The notes below the pieces were generated by a model, which ran no database searches, had not been told where the DNA came from, and saw nothing but the letters and a program-made list of their open reading frames with translations. From Candidatus Poribacteria bacterium (GTDB lineage Bacteria; Poribacteria; WGA-4E; WGA-3G): 64,000 nucleotides of DNA. Shown one piece after another: positions 38,322 to 48,773 of the stretch; position 1 is the first letter of the stretch; every line of letters starts with the position of its first letter. The position numbers and the translations under genes are program-made. The stretch is from positions 3,296,001 through 3,360,000 of the forward strand of contig OZ240248.1 of assembly GCA_965198235.1 (NCBI GenBank), in the 5' to 3' direction.

Positions 38322-38976
38322 AATTCTAATTACTGTTGGGATCGTTGCGGCGGTTTATCTCGTGTTGAGATCCTACGGCGTAACAGACGATATTCGCTTA
38401 GAAAACGTCCCGAAAATCAAAACATGGGTGGCGAGTTTTGGGAGAATTGCCCCCTTGGTCTACATTGGGCTCTATCTGGTATCCACTGTCTTTTTCCTTC
38501 CCGGTTCTCCAGTAACTGTGCTGGCGGGTTTCGTCTTCGGACCATTGTGGGGTATCTTTTACGCTTCCGTAGCTTCTATTATCTCTGTCTCCGTTGCTTT
38601 TCTCATTGCCCGCTATGTTGCGCGCGACCTCGTTGAAGGTTGGGTCAAAGACAACGCACAATTCCGCAAAATAGATGAGCAGGTTGAAGAACAGGGATGG
38701 CGTATCTTGATGTTTACACGCTTGGTCCCGATTTTCCCATTTAACCTTCAAAACTATGCCTATGGGCTAACCAGTATTCGATTCTCCACTTATATACTCG
38801 TCTCTGCTATTTTTATGTTGCCGGGGACAGCGGTGTTTGTCCAGCTCGGTGGCGCGTTTGTGAGGGGTGAGGGCAATATTTGGAAGACGCTACTCTATCT
38901 TGGAATAGCTGGCGTGCTTATGCTCTTGCTATCTTTGATTCCGAGATTGCTACGAAAATATCAAACGAAATTGTAA
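38302..38976 (+). CDS. TVP38/TMEM64 (DedA/VTT) family membrane protein
   Basis: FLPGSPVTVLAG, RLVPIFPFNLQNYAYG. Confidence 0.9.
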   Translation: MKKSIIKILITVGIVAAVYLVLRSYGVTDDIRLENVPKIKTWVASFGRIAPLVYIGLYLVSTVFFLPGSPVTVLAGFVFGPLWGIFYASVASIISVSVAFLIARYVARDLVEGWVKDNAQFRKIDEQVEEQGWRILMFTRLVPIFPFNLQNYAYGLTSIRFSTYILVSAIFMLPGTAVFVQLGGAFVRGEGNIWKTLLYLGIAGVLMLLLSLIPRLLRKYQTKL

Positions 38977-39003
38977 TTCAGAAAAACCGATGAAACGGGT
39001 GAA

Positions 39004-40335
39004 TCACGGGTGCTTCTGAATTAACGCCGCTACCGCAGCAAATGCTTCTTCACGGGTTCGGATTTCACCGTCAAATTGACGGTCCTCAATCTCTTTTAAT
39101 AGATCTCCAATTTGCTCCCCTTCTTTCAAATGAAATTCCTGAATCAGATCGTTTCCCGTGATCAGTCTGCCCCGCTTGCAGATCGGCAGAATGTGTTCAT
39201 AGTAAGTATCAGCGATCTGTTTTAGAATTGCCGAATCAATGGGAGATGACACTGCAGAGTATAGAAGGATACCCCACCAATCGGACGCATAAGTTCTAAG
39301 AAAGCGATTTATCTGTTTCTGTGTCAATTGTGGAATTGTGTTTTTAATTTTCTTGCTTCCTGAGATGAGACATTCCATAAACTGCACCGCTTTTCGACTG
39401 AATCGAAGGCGTTCACCGATACCACCCAAATTGTCTTCCAAGAGTAGGCTAAATTTGATTAGCGAACGCTTATTGATTTTTATACTGAGTTCCTCTTGGA
39501 GATAGTGATTAATTTCCTTGCGATAAGCGTGCAGGGTCGCAGGAATTGGACTTTCCTCGAAGGTCTCAAGTGAAATCCAAGCCCGGCGAGTCTCTTTTAT
39601 AGTCGGAACGACCTGTGTGAGTAGTCCTGCTGCTTCCATTTGTTGTAAATATGGGTGTGCCTTCTTAACGTAAAAAATTTTCATCAGTTCGTCCCGGCAC
39701 CGTTCCGCCGCTACATCAGACAGCATTGACCCGTACTCTGTTACCAGATCGATTGCATTCTGGGAGATCTTGAAGTCTAATTGCGCTGCGAATCTATAAA
39801 TTCGTAGGAGTCGAACTGGATCTGCTATTACCACCTGTTTGTTCGGAAATCGGAGTAGGCCTGTCTCCAGGTCTTTTATACCGCCGCAGGGGTCAATTAT
39901 CCGAAAGGGGTTATGTTTGTGGGACTTATTTGTAAATGTCCGCGCATTTTCAAACGCGATTGCCATGGCATTAATCGTCAGGTCCCGTAAACGTAAGTCG
40001 TCAGTGAGCGATGCGGCTCGGAATTGTGCGAAATCCATGCTGAGTTGCGGGGTCTGTGAAGTGCCGTCCTGCTTAACAATCACGCGGGCTGTAGGCGGAT
40101 TTTCTTCTAAGGCGATGGCGATTGCTCCGATGTTGGCTGCAAATGCTTTGGCAAACTGGATTGCATCAGAAGCCAGCGTAAAGTCAATATCTGTCGTCTG
40201 ACGTCCCAAGAATAGATCCCTCACACTCCCTCCGACGAGATAGAGTTGCACACCTTGATCTTTTGCGAAAGCTGTGAGGGCCTGCAGGATCGGGTTGTTA
40301 AATAGTTTTTGGAGGGTCTGGGCAGTTATGTTCAT
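39004..40335 (-). CDS. tRNA nucleotidyltransferase / poly(A) polymerase family protein
   Basis: YLVGGSVRD...DIDF, DL.LRDLTINAMA, DPVRLLR, ERCRDEL, ITGNDL. Confidence 0.88.
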   Translation of the reverse strand: MNITAQTLQKLFNNPILQALTAFAKDQGVQLYLVGGSVRDLFLGRQTTDIDFTLASDAIQFAKAFAANIGAIAIALEENPPTARVIVKQDGTSQTPQLSMDFAQFRAASLTDDLRLRDLTINAMAIAFENARTFTNKSHKHNPFRIIDPCGGIKDLETGLLRFPNKQVVIADPVRLLRIYRFAAQLDFKISQNAIDLVTEYGSMLSDVAAERCRDELMKIFYVKKAHPYLQQMEAAGLLTQVVPTIKETRRAWISLETFEESPIPATLHAYRKEINHYLQEELSIKINKRSLIKFSLLLEDNLGGIGERLRFSRKAVQFMECLISGSKKIKNTIPQLTQKQINRFLRTYASDWWGILLYSAVSSPIDSAILKQIADTYYEHILPICKRGRLITGNDLIQEFHLKEGEQIGDLLKEIEDRQFDGEIRTREEAFAAVAALIQKHP

Positions 40336-40952
40336 TGGTTAACTCGTGCCTTCTGTCGTTGTGCTTTCCGTGAACGAAATAAAATCCCATCCAGATGGAG
40401 ATGCGTCGCGTAGCCGATGAAACTTGCTACATAGAACGGGAAACCGCTGCGGACGGCATCCATAAATCCTTCCCACTCTCGTAAGGCATTAAGTGAGTCT
40501 ACGAGCGTGCCCTCTGTCTCCCATGCTGAATATGCGGCATAAATCGGAATTAACAGAAACACACTGGGGAGCAAAATCATCGTAATTTTGGCATGTGTCC
40601 ATCCACGATGTTTGCTCATAATTGGGAGCATCGCGAATAGACCGAGCAGCGCAGATTCCAGATACTTTTGCAAAAAAACGATCAACACTACGTTCAGCGC
40701 AAATAGTACGGTATAAAATATTTTCTGACTCTTGCTCTTAATATCAACGTCTGGCCACAATCCGAACAGGACTGCGATGGCAAAACAGCCGATAATTTTT
40801 ACAACGTCTCTCACCGGCGGAATGGTTGGGTTCCACTCCTGTGGTACAGTATCATAAAGGATTGGAATGGCGAAGGTGGCGATGAGCGAGATGATAAAAA
40901 AAGCACTATAAACGACTAACCCGCCGATCCAGTGTTCGCGAAACATACTCAT
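40332..40952 (-). CDS. Membrane metal-dependent hydrolase (YdjM-like)
   Basis: FREHW, LWPDVD, HRGWTH, GYATHLHLD. Start moved to ATG 40952. Confidence 0.8.
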   Translation of the reverse strand: MSMFREHWIGGLVVYSAFFIISLIATFAIPILYDTVPQEWNPTIPPVRDVVKIIGCFAIAVLFGLWPDVDIKSKSQKIFYTVLFALNVVLIVFLQKYLESALLGLFAMLPIMSKHRGWTHAKITMILLPSVFLLIPIYAAYSAWETEGTLVDSLNALREWEGFMDAVRSGFPFYVASFIGYATHLHLDGILFRSRKAQRQKARVNQ

Positions 40953-41034
40953 AGGAGATAGTATAACATACTTATTATTGGAATGAAAATTACTTTTTGT
41001 CCTAATCAACGGGCATGGGTGGCTTGGATTTAAT

Positions 41035-41063
41035 TTGACTTCCAGCACAGAATGTGATACAAT
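41035..41063 (+). promoter_or_regulatory. sigma70 promoter
   Basis: TTGACT-N17-TACAAT. Confidence 0.55.
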
Positions 41064-41151
41064 TATGTCATAATCTTTACGAATCTTGCTTTTAGCGACA
41101 GGTTTTTTGCGTGCAGTGCCGAAGGGTTGGTGAAGTGGTGGGAGGTTTAAC

Positions 41152-41243
41152 ATGGCTGTTGGAACCAAGAATTCAGTAAGGCGACTATCGCTTTTTTCAA
41201 GGGACCCAGTGGTGAGGTCATCGAATTTTTTGAAACACATTAG
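41152..41243 (+). pseudogene. Internally deleted VOC/glyoxalase gene remnant
   Basis: GGAGG RBS then ATG (MAVGTKNS...) joined out of frame to ATIAFFKGPSGEVIEFFETH*, a typical VOC C-terminus. Confidence 0.6.
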
Positions 41244-41280
41244 TCTTTGACCTCCAGGATTAGGCTTATTGACAATTGGC

Positions 41281-41309
41281 TTGACTGAAAAAAGGAAAAC
41301 GGGTATTAT
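41281..41309 (+). promoter_or_regulatory. sigma70 promoter of the rimP-nusA-infB operon leader
   Basis: TTGACT-N17-TATTAT. Confidence 0.6.
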
Positions 41310-41317
41310 GTAACAAT

Positions 41318-41502
41318 AGAGGTGGATGGGCGAGAATTGATACCCCGTTGCTTCGGCATCGGTAGGGTCGTAAAACGCAGTCCTTGGAATTCCGGTGAGG
41401 TCTTCGTCCTTGATTTACCTGTTCCTTTCAACTGTGCACTACGACATCATATAAACCGCGAAGAACCTCTACGATTAGGAGTATCGCGTTTTTTTATTTT
41501 TT
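41318..41502 (+). ncRNA. Candidate structured RNA / rimP leader ending in a terminator-like hairpin
   Basis: AGAGGT/ACCTCT closing pair; nested stems GTCGTA/TACGAC, GCAGT/ACTGT, GGAA/TTCC; then CGCGA...TCGCG plus a T-tract before rimP. Confidence 0.4.
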
Positions 41503-41507
41503 ATATT

Positions 41508-41957
41508 ATGACAGCAGCCGAGAAAAACTCCATTATTGAGATGTTAACACCGATGCTTGACATTGACGGTATTGAGCTTGTGGATGTTGAAGCACATTCA
41601 AAAACGCTGCGACTCCTTATTCATAAACCCGATGGGCTTTCGGTGGCAGATTGTCAAGCGGTGAACCAGGTCGTACGTCCGATTTTAGAGGTTCATGAAT
41701 ATTTAGCAAACTATGCTCAGTTGGAAGTGGCTTCCCCCGGCATAGACAGACCGTTACGAACCGCTAAGGATTTTCAGCGAAATTGTGGACGGACAGTTCG
41801 GATAGAAATCGCCGAAAAAAACGAGCACAAGCGTCAAGTACAAGGCACTGTCGTAGAGGTGCGTCCTGAAGAAGTCGTCTTAGCGCAGTCTGATGGAAAG
41901 GACATCTCCGTTAAAATTTCGCAAATTCTCAATGCCTGTATACACCTGAGATGGTAG
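41508..41957 (+). CDS. rimP: Ribosome maturation factor RimP
   Basis: ELVDVE, GLSVADC, LEVASPGIDRPL; first gene before nusA. Confidence 0.92.
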   Translation: MTAAEKNSIIEMLTPMLDIDGIELVDVEAHSKTLRLLIHKPDGLSVADCQAVNQVVRPILEVHEYLANYAQLEVASPGIDRPLRTAKDFQRNCGRTVRIEIAEKNEHKRQVQGTVVEVRPEEVVLAQSDGKDISVKISQILNACIHLRW

Positions 41958-42078
41958 CGAACAAGAGCCAAAGACGCATACTGCGAATATTAAAAGATGG
42001 AAAGGAGTACGCGGACTGTTATACAGGGCAACATCTACAAGTCTGTATAATCAAGAGAAACCGCGGACATCAATTATT

Positions 42079-43356
42079 ATGTTAGAGAACCTCCAAAACG
42101 CTATACGTCAAAATACGGCGCAGACAGATTTACCTGAACAGGTTTTCGTTGAAGCGATAGAAGAGGCACTACGTGCCGCCGCACGCCGGGTTTACGGTGC
42201 CGATGCCAATATTTCTGTTGAGATTAATTTGGAGAAAGGTGATATACGTTGCTATGTCCCGAAAAAAGTGGTTAATATTATGCGTGATTTCTCGACAGAG
42301 ATTCCGATTGAGCAAGCGGTGAACCTCCAAGCGGACGTTGAGGTTGGGGAGATGCTGGATGTTGAAATTAATCCCAGTGAGTTTGGACGGATCCCGGCAC
42401 AGTTAGCAAAACAAATCCTTTTCCAAAAAATCAAACAGGCGGAGCGAGAAAAGATTTATCAAGAGTTTGCGGGACGTGAGGGTGAAGTTGTGACAGGTTA
42501 TGTCCAACGTTTTGAGCGTGGTGGTATCATTTTGGATCTTGAGCAGACGGAAGCCTTTTTACCACCCCGCGAGATGCCACGTTCACAGAACTACGAGCGT
42601 GGTAAACGCTTGCAATGTCTAATTCTGTCTGTGAAGAATGAGATGCGTGGTGCTCCGATTATTGTATCGCGGACGCATCGGGACCTGGTAGCGATGTTAT
42701 TTGAGCAGGAAGTTCCTGAAATCTATGAGGGTCAGGTTCAGATTATGGCGGTTGCGCGTGATCCTGGGAATCGGGCGAAAGTTGCGGTCAAGGCGACAGA
42801 AGAGGGTATTGATGCCGTAGGCACGTGTGTTGGAGTCAAGGGGATACGTGTCCAGACGATCGTCAGTGAACTTGATGATGAGAAGATAGACTTATTGGAA
42901 TGGAGTGAAGATGCCAGCGTGTTCATCGCGAATGCTCTGGGTGGTCGAGTTGGCGTGCGTAGGGTTGAGCTCAATGAGCAAGATAGGAGTGCTCTTGTGA
43001 TTGTTCCTGACAATCAGTTGTCTTTGGCGATTGGGCAACGAGGACAGAATGCGCGACTCGCTGCGAAATTGACGGGCTGGAAGGTTGACATAAAGGGTGA
43101 GTCTGAAGATGCTGTTTCGATTAATGAACTCTTTAAACCGGAAGATTCTGATAAAACAGATGAGCAAGCCTCGGACAGCCAAGAAGAAAGTCCTGACCAA
43201 AGTCTGCAAGAACAGGAGACTGTCGATGTGCCGGATTCAACAGAAGCTGAACAAGTAGTTGATTTGGCGGAGGATGTTGAGGTAGACTCAGACGCGGAGA
43301 TCGAGACGGATACATCTGCCGCTCCTGAGCGTGATGATTTTGATGCTGAGTCTTAA
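42079..43356 (+). CDS. nusA: Transcription termination/antitermination factor NusA
   Basis: [12 protein letters not shown]1, KH domains ([12 protein letters not shown]; [15 protein letters not shown]), acidic tail. Confidence 0.97.
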   Translation: MLENLQNAIRQNTAQTDLPEQVFVEAIEEALRAAARRVYGADANISVEINLEKGDIRCYVPKKVVNIMRDFSTEIPIEQAVNLQADVEVGEMLDVEINPSEFGRIPAQLAKQILFQKIKQAEREKIYQEFAGREGEVVTGYVQRFERGGIILDLEQTEAFLPPREMPRSQNYERGKRLQCLILSVKNEMRGAPIIVSRTHRDLVAMLFEQEVPEIYEGQVQIMAVARDPGNRAKVAVKATEEGIDAVGTCVGVKGIRVQTIVSELDDEKIDLLEWSEDASVFIANALGGRVGVRRVELNEQDRSALVIVPDNQLSLAIGQRGQNARLAAKLTGWKVDIKGESEDAVSINELFKPEDSDKTDEQASDSQEESPDQSLQEQETVDVPDSTEAEQVVDLAEDVEVDSDAEIETDTSAAPERDDFDAES

Positions 43357-43362
43357 AAGTGG

Positions 43363-43677
43363 GTGGAGTCATTGAGGGATGTTATTCGCACTTGTATTGG
43401 GTGCCGTGGAAAATTACCGCAGAAAGTGTTGGTTCGGTTCGTGTGTCAGGGGGACGGGAAACTGCAAATCGACAGTCAAAAGAAGTTAGGCGGGCGCGGG
43501 GCTTACGTTTGCCTCTCTCAAGACTGCATTCAGAAAGCGTTCAAGTCTTCCAAACGGATTAATTCTTTATTACGTGTGCAACTGGCAAGTGAAAATATAG
43601 TGCAGTTTGAACAAGTGCTTCTTCAAAGGACCCAAAAGTCCACGAGCACAAAAGAAGAAAAGGAGGAATTACTATGA
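43363..43677 (+). CDS. ylxR: YlxR family RNA-binding protein
   Basis: RTCIGCR, GRGAYVC; position between nusA and infB. Confidence 0.92.
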   Translation: MESLRDVIRTCIGCRGKLPQKVLVRFVCQGDGKLQIDSQKKLGGRGAYVCLSQDCIQKAFKSSKRINSLLRVQLASENIVQFEQVLLQRTQKSTSTKEEKEELL

Positions 43678-45716
43678 GCAGAGCCCAACGACAGCGGGAG
43701 AAGCCCGCCAAAGGTAGTCAAGAGGAAAGTCAAATCTCTGGTATACGGGTTTATGAATTGGCGAAAGAATACAACCTAACAAACAAGGAACTTATCACTC
43801 TACTTGAGGGGCATGGAGTTCGCGTTAAAAACGGGATGAGTACCCTCGATCCAGATACCGTTGCGCTTATTGGATCAGAATTGGCTGACGAACCGGTGGA
43901 GGAAACCGTTTCTACGCCCGAAGATGCTGTTGAAAACGCCTCAGAGTCGGAAGAAACTAACACAACCGGTGGTTTGCAGGTTGTGGAAGGCGCGACTGTC
44001 GCTGACCTCGCAACATCGCTGGAGTTACAACCTTCAGCGTTGATTATGCGTCTCATGAAGTTAAAGGTGATGGCGAGCATAAATCAGCGGCTTGATTACG
44101 ATACGCTTGTGATGCTTGGAGAGCATCTGAATTTTGAAGCGGTTAGGCCGAGAACGCTTGAAGAAAAACTATTGACCGAGATACCGGATGATCCAGAATC
44201 TTTACAATCTCGAGCTCCGGTGGTCACAATCATGGGACATGTTGACCACGGCAAAACATCTCTTTTAGACTCTATTCGTCAGTCAAATATCAGTGAATCT
44301 GAAGCAGGTAACATAACACAACATATTGGAGCTTATCACGTAAAATTAAAAGGTGGGCGCATCGTTTTCTTAGATACGCCGGGGCACGCCGCTTTTACTG
44401 CGATGCGAGCACGCGGCGCACAAGTAACCGATATTGTCGTTCTCATTGTCGCAGCTGACGATGGAGTCATGCCTCAGACAATTGAGGCGATCAGTCACGC
44501 AAAAGCTGCAAAGGTTCCGATTGTAGTCGCAATTAACAAAATAGATGTGCCCGGAGCGCGCTCAGACTACGTCAAACAACAATTGGCAGAACAGGAACTC
44601 CTGCCAGAGGACTGGGGTGGACAAACCATTTGTGTTGAGACCTCCGCTATAGATGGAACAGGGATTGACTTTTTGCTTGAAATGCTCCTTTTGGAAGCGG
44701 CTCTGCTGGAACTCAAAGCAAACCCAAATAAGTTAGCACGTGGTGTTGTTATTGAAGCACAGGTTGACAAAGGACGGGGTGCCATCGCAACCGTCCTCGT
44801 ACAGTCGGGTACATTGAGGGTTGGTGATGTTTTTGTTTCAGGTAGGTACTCCGGAAGAGTTAGAGCAATGATGGACGGTTTCGGGAAACGGATGAAAGAA
44901 GCTGGACCTTCATGTCCTGTTGAGGTGCTCGGTTTTACCGGCGTACCAGAAGCAGGCGACAAATTCTATGTCGTTGAGTCCGATAAGGATGCACGTGCTA
45001 TCAGTGAAACCCGTCTGGACCGGTATCGCAATGAAAAACTCGGTGAAAATAGCCACGTCAGTTTAGATAACCTGTTCCAACAAATTCAGGAAGGCGAAAT
45101 CAAAGAATTGAACGTTGTTCTTAAAGGCGATGTGCAAGGTTCCGTACAAGCCGTCGCCTCATCACTGCTCGAGTTGAGTGCCGATGAGGTTAAAATCAAT
45201 ATTATTCACCAAGCGGTCGGAGGGATCACCGAAACCGACATTTTGCTCGCCTCTGCTTCTGATGCAATTGTCGTCGGCTTCAACGTTCATCCTACGACGG
45301 AGGCGGTGCAGGCTAAAGAGACTGAGGGGATTGATGTTCGGACCTACAATGTCATTTATAATCTCATCTCCTATATCCATTCGGCTATGGAAGGTCTGCT
45401 TGATCCCGAGGTCCGAGAAGTCGTTATCGGGCGTGCCGAGGTTCGTGAATTATTTAAGGTGCCACGCCTCGGTTTGGTTGCTGGTAGTTACGTCAATTGG
45501 GGACGAATTTCCTTCAACCAACCCCTTCGTATCCTTCGCGACAATCGATTGATTCACGAAGGTAAAGTCAATTCGCTTCGCCGGTTCAAGGATAATGTCA
45601 ATGAGGTGCAAGCGAACTACGAATGTGGAATAGGAATTGAGACGTTCGGTGATTTGAAGGTCGGTGATGTCCTTGAATGTTATGTTCACGAACAGGTGGC
45701 GCGCTCACTTTCGTAA
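43674..45716 (+). CDS. infB: Translation initiation factor IF-2
   Basis: [32 protein letters not shown]. Confidence 0.98.
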   Translation: MSRAQRQREKPAKGSQEESQISGIRVYELAKEYNLTNKELITLLEGHGVRVKNGMSTLDPDTVALIGSELADEPVEETVSTPEDAVENASESEETNTTGGLQVVEGATVADLATSLELQPSALIMRLMKLKVMASINQRLDYDTLVMLGEHLNFEAVRPRTLEEKLLTEIPDDPESLQSRAPVVTIMGHVDHGKTSLLDSIRQSNISESEAGNITQHIGAYHVKLKGGRIVFLDTPGHAAFTAMRARGAQVTDIVVLIVAADDGVMPQTIEAISHAKAAKVPIVVAINKIDVPGARSDYVKQQLAEQELLPEDWGGQTICVETSAIDGTGIDFLLEMLLLEAALLELKANPNKLARGVVIEAQVDKGRGAIATVLVQSGTLRVGDVFVSGRYSGRVRAMMDGFGKRMKEAGPSCPVEVLGFTGVPEAGDKFYVVESDKDARAISETRLDRYRNEKLGENSHVSLDNLFQQIQEGEIKELNVVLKGDVQGSVQAVASSLLELSADEVKINIIHQAVGGITETDILLASASDAIVVGFNVHPTTEAVQAKETEGIDVRTYNVIYNLISYIHSAMEGLLDPEVREVVIGRAEVRELFKVPRLGLVAGSYVNWGRISFNQPLRILRDNRLIHEGKVNSLRRFKDNVNEVQANYECGIGIETFGDLKVGDVLECYVHEQVARSLS

Positions 45717-45794
45717 ATTAGTTCTGTTCGTATAGTGGTGTATTTTCATAAGAGGTGCGATTGTCAATCGCACCCACAATTGACTGACACTTTC

Positions 45795-46079
45795 ATGCAC
45801 ATCGGTGTTTGTAAAATCCGTCTGCGAATTCCGGAAAGTCAATCGCTGAAAGCGAAACGCCGGGTTCTCAAAAGCCTCATCGCGAGACTCAAAAACCGCT
45901 TCAACGTCGCTATTGCTGAAGTTGAGGCGTTGGAGGCACATCAGTTCGCCATATTAGCTGCCGTTTCAGTTTCCAACGATGTCGTACATCTGAATAAGAT
46001 TATCTCACATCTTATCACTTTTGTTGAGACTAATGTAGATGCTGAATTAGTGGATTACGAAACGGAATTTTTCTTTTAA
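45795..46079 (+). CDS. ylxP: DUF503 (YlxP) protein
   Basis: SQSLKAKRRVLKSL..RLKNRFNVAIAEV; syntenic. Start moved to ATG 45795. Confidence 0.88.
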   Translation: MHIGVCKIRLRIPESQSLKAKRRVLKSLIARLKNRFNVAIAEVEALEAHQFAILAAVSVSNDVVHLNKIISHLITFVETNVDAELVDYETEFFF

Positions 46080-46126
46080 TTAATGAAGTTCGCAAGCCAA
46101 AACTTGCTGCAAGAGATAGGATTGAC

Positions 46127-46519
46127 ATGGTAGATAATAGAAGGCAAGATCGGGTAGGAGCCCTCATTCAGCGAGAATTAAGCGAGGTTATCCAACGTTC
46201 CGTCAAGGATCCGCGCGTCGCGTTTTGTACTGTCACACAGGCCTCCGTGTCCCCGGATCTAAAGTATGTGGATGTGAAGGTGAGCGTTATCGGCGATGAG
46301 GAGCAGAAAAGCAAAACGCTCGCGGGTTTAAAGAGTGCAGCGGGTTTCCTAAGGCGCGAGATTGGGAGGCGTCTGACGCTTCGCTATTCGCCGGAGCTTC
46401 GGTTCGCTATAGATGAATCCGCTGATTATCTCTTCAAAATAGATGGGCTCCTCAAGTCTGTGGAGACCGATGATGAAACGACAGAAGACCACCCAGCGGA
46501 CAACCCTACAGATGGCTAA
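46127..46519 (+). CDS. rbfA: Ribosome-binding factor A
   Basis: KDPRV, SPDLK, GFLR, LRYSPELRF. Confidence 0.95.
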   Translation: MVDNRRQDRVGALIQRELSEVIQRSVKDPRVAFCTVTQASVSPDLKYVDVKVSVIGDEEQKSKTLAGLKSAAGFLRREIGRRLTLRYSPELRFAIDESADYLFKIDGLLKSVETDDETTEDHPADNPTDG

Positions 46520-47528
46520 TACGCATGACTACGGCGTACTCCTTACCCTATTTGACCGATACCATAACTTCGCGCTTTCAACGCACATTAATCCTGATGG
46601 CGATGCAATCGGTTCCGAGTTGGGGCTTTACCTCTTTCTCACGAAACTCGGGAAATCCGTTAAAATATTTAACACGGATATAGTACCACCTAACTATCGA
46701 TTTCTCCCATTTTGGGATAGTATTGAGAGCGCGTATTCCATGGGGACATATCGTCCTGAGGTGTTGATTGTATTGGACGCAAGTACGCTGGAGCGGATTG
46801 GAAAGGGTCTTTCCAAAACCTTGTATCCTATACACACCCTCGTTAACATTGATCATCACGCCACTGCCGAGGCATTCGGTGACATCAACCTCATTATACC
46901 TACAGCCTCTTCCACTTCAGAGATTGTTTACAAGCTTATTAAACATCGTCAATTTCCAATATGCGAAGCCTGTGCACTTTGTCTCTATACAGGACTGATG
47001 TTTGATACCGGCTGTTTTCGACATAGTAATACCACAGCCGAGACACATCAAATCGCCGCAGAATTAATTGAGATTGGTGGATTCACTCCGGATGAAGTCT
47101 ATCGGAATGTCTATGAACAGGTCCCTGTTGCTAAGATACGCCTGTTGAGTGAAGTACTCAGCACATTGCAAGTAACAGATGATGGAAAGATAGCATCCGT
47201 GTATGCAACACAGGCGATGTTTCGCAAAACTGGAACGGCTGCTGATGCGGTGGAGGGGGTTGCGAACCAGATTCAAGCAGTAGCGGGTGTTGAGATGGCA
47301 CTCTGTGTGTCTGAGATGAGGGATCAAAGTACAAAAGTGAGCCTACGGAGTCAGGGATACGTTGATGTTAGTCAGCTTGCCGCAGAGTTTCAAGGGGGAG
47401 GACACGCCCGCGCCGCAGGATGTCGGATTGCTATGCCCTATCCATTAGCCATTGCTGCCCTTGTTCAAGCTTCACAACGCTACATTGATCCGGATCACAT
47501 GAGAGATGGTGATTGCCAGAAGGATTGA
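46512..47528 (+). CDS. nrnA: DHH/DHHA1 bifunctional oligoribonuclease/PAP phosphatase
   Basis: HINPDGDAIGS, NIDHH, DTGCF, SLRS, GGGHARAAG. Confidence 0.92.
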   Translation: MANTHDYGVLLTLFDRYHNFALSTHINPDGDAIGSELGLYLFLTKLGKSVKIFNTDIVPPNYRFLPFWDSIESAYSMGTYRPEVLIVLDASTLERIGKGLSKTLYPIHTLVNIDHHATAEAFGDINLIIPTASSTSEIVYKLIKHRQFPICEACALCLYTGLMFDTGCFRHSNTTAETHQIAAELIEIGGFTPDEVYRNVYEQVPVAKIRLLSEVLSTLQVTDDGKIASVYATQAMFRKTGTAADAVEGVANQIQAVAGVEMALCVSEMRDQSTKVSLRSQGYVDVSQLAAEFQGGGHARAAGCRIAMPYPLAIAALVQASQRYIDPDHMRDGDCQKD

Positions 47529-48505
47529 ACAACGTGGAAAATGCCTGCAGTGGGAGCGATCTACAGGTCGCAACCACATCTTATAGTCTAAACGACATAG
47601 TTGAATTTGGCAGAGAGACTGCTGTCACTTTTGGCGTATTTGACGGTATCCATCTTGGACACCAAGCGGTTATTAACACACTCCTTAAACATGCTGCACA
47701 TGATAACTTGATGAGTGTATTGGTCGGTTTTTACCCGCATCCACTTGCCTTCCTTGCCCCAGAACGGTGCCCACCTATCCTAACACCTCTCTCCAAGCGC
47801 GTTGAAATACTTCAACAATTTGGCGTTGATGAAATTGTCATGCTCAGTTTTGACGCACAGATTGCATCAATGTCTCCTGAATCCTTTGTAGAATGTGTGC
47901 TCTTAGAGAAATGTCGAGCGAGGCACGTTGTTGTGGGGTATGCTTGCCAATTTGGAAAAAATCGTGCGGGCGATGCAGAGCGATTGGTCGGGCTTAGCCA
48001 AGGATATGCATTTGATGTTTCTGTTGTTCCACCTACAGAAGTAGATGGGGCACCGGTCCATAGCACTCGTATCCGAGAGGCACTCGCACAAGGCGATCTT
48101 GAACGGAGTTCAGAGTTATTGGGACGTCCCTATTCCTTGATCGGTAATGTCGTTCATGGTGATGGTCGTGGAAGGGAAATTGGATTTCCTACCGCGAATA
48201 TAGAAACCCAGAATCAAGTCTATCCTCCTAATGGTGTTTATGCTATCCGTGCGAAGTTAGAGGAACGGTGGTTAGACGGGGTATTGAACATCGGCATGCG
48301 TCCTACGTTTAACGGTGTAAATATTCAGGTGGAGGGGCACTTCTTCAATTTTAATGAAATGATCTACGGTAAACCGGTAGAAATATTCTTCGTAGAGAAG
48401 ATTAGAAGTGAACGGAAGTTCCCAAGTCCAGAGTTTCTGATTCAACAGATACAGCGCGACATCGCAGCAGCGACGGAAATTCTCGCATCGCCTACCTCCT
48501 CGTAG
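47513..48505 (+). CDS. ribF: Bifunctional riboflavin kinase/FAD synthetase
   Basis: GVFDGIHLGH, HSTRIR, GREIGFPTAN, NIGMRPTF. Start uncertain (TTG 47513 or GTG 47534). Confidence 0.95.
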   Translation: MPEGLNNVENACSGSDLQVATTSYSLNDIVEFGRETAVTFGVFDGIHLGHQAVINTLLKHAAHDNLMSVLVGFYPHPLAFLAPERCPPILTPLSKRVEILQQFGVDEIVMLSFDAQIASMSPESFVECVLLEKCRARHVVVGYACQFGKNRAGDAERLVGLSQGYAFDVSVVPPTEVDGAPVHSTRIREALAQGDLERSSELLGRPYSLIGNVVHGDGRGREIGFPTANIETQNQVYPPNGVYAIRAKLEERWLDGVLNIGMRPTFNGVNIQVEGHFFNFNEMIYGKPVEIFFVEKIRSERKFPSPEFLIQQIQRDIAAATEILASPTSS

Positions 48506-48773
48506 ATGATGCTGCTTAAACTTAGGGGCTGCCGTGGGATTGTGAGTTTAATTTGAATTTTGGGTTGATTTGTGATATTATATATGTGTCAGATATAGAT
48601 GGAGAAGGGAGCGATCTCCCGAATACGATTTAGTTTTTATTTCATATAAGGTTTTACAAAGCACTGATGTTTCGTAGTATTACCTTTATGAGGCAACTCT
48701 TCTTGGATTTTGCGAGTTTCCTAAACTTGCTATTACAAAAGTTAGGTGTTTGACCAAAAGGAGGTGAACGTAA

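Noticed and set aside
39905-39950. Palindrome in the nucleotidyltransferase insertion (ARTFTNKSHKHNP)
   Set aside because: Stem too short and imperfect to support without alignment.
41316-41470. tRNA (metY-like) or SRP RNA before rimP
   Set aside because: No cloverleaf, T-loop or CCA end, and no SRP GGAA-loop motif.
40953-41507. Long N-terminal extensions of ORFs 40332-41240 and 41322-41957
   Set aside because: They overlap promoters, the VOC remnant and the leader; conserved domains begin at 40952 and 41508.
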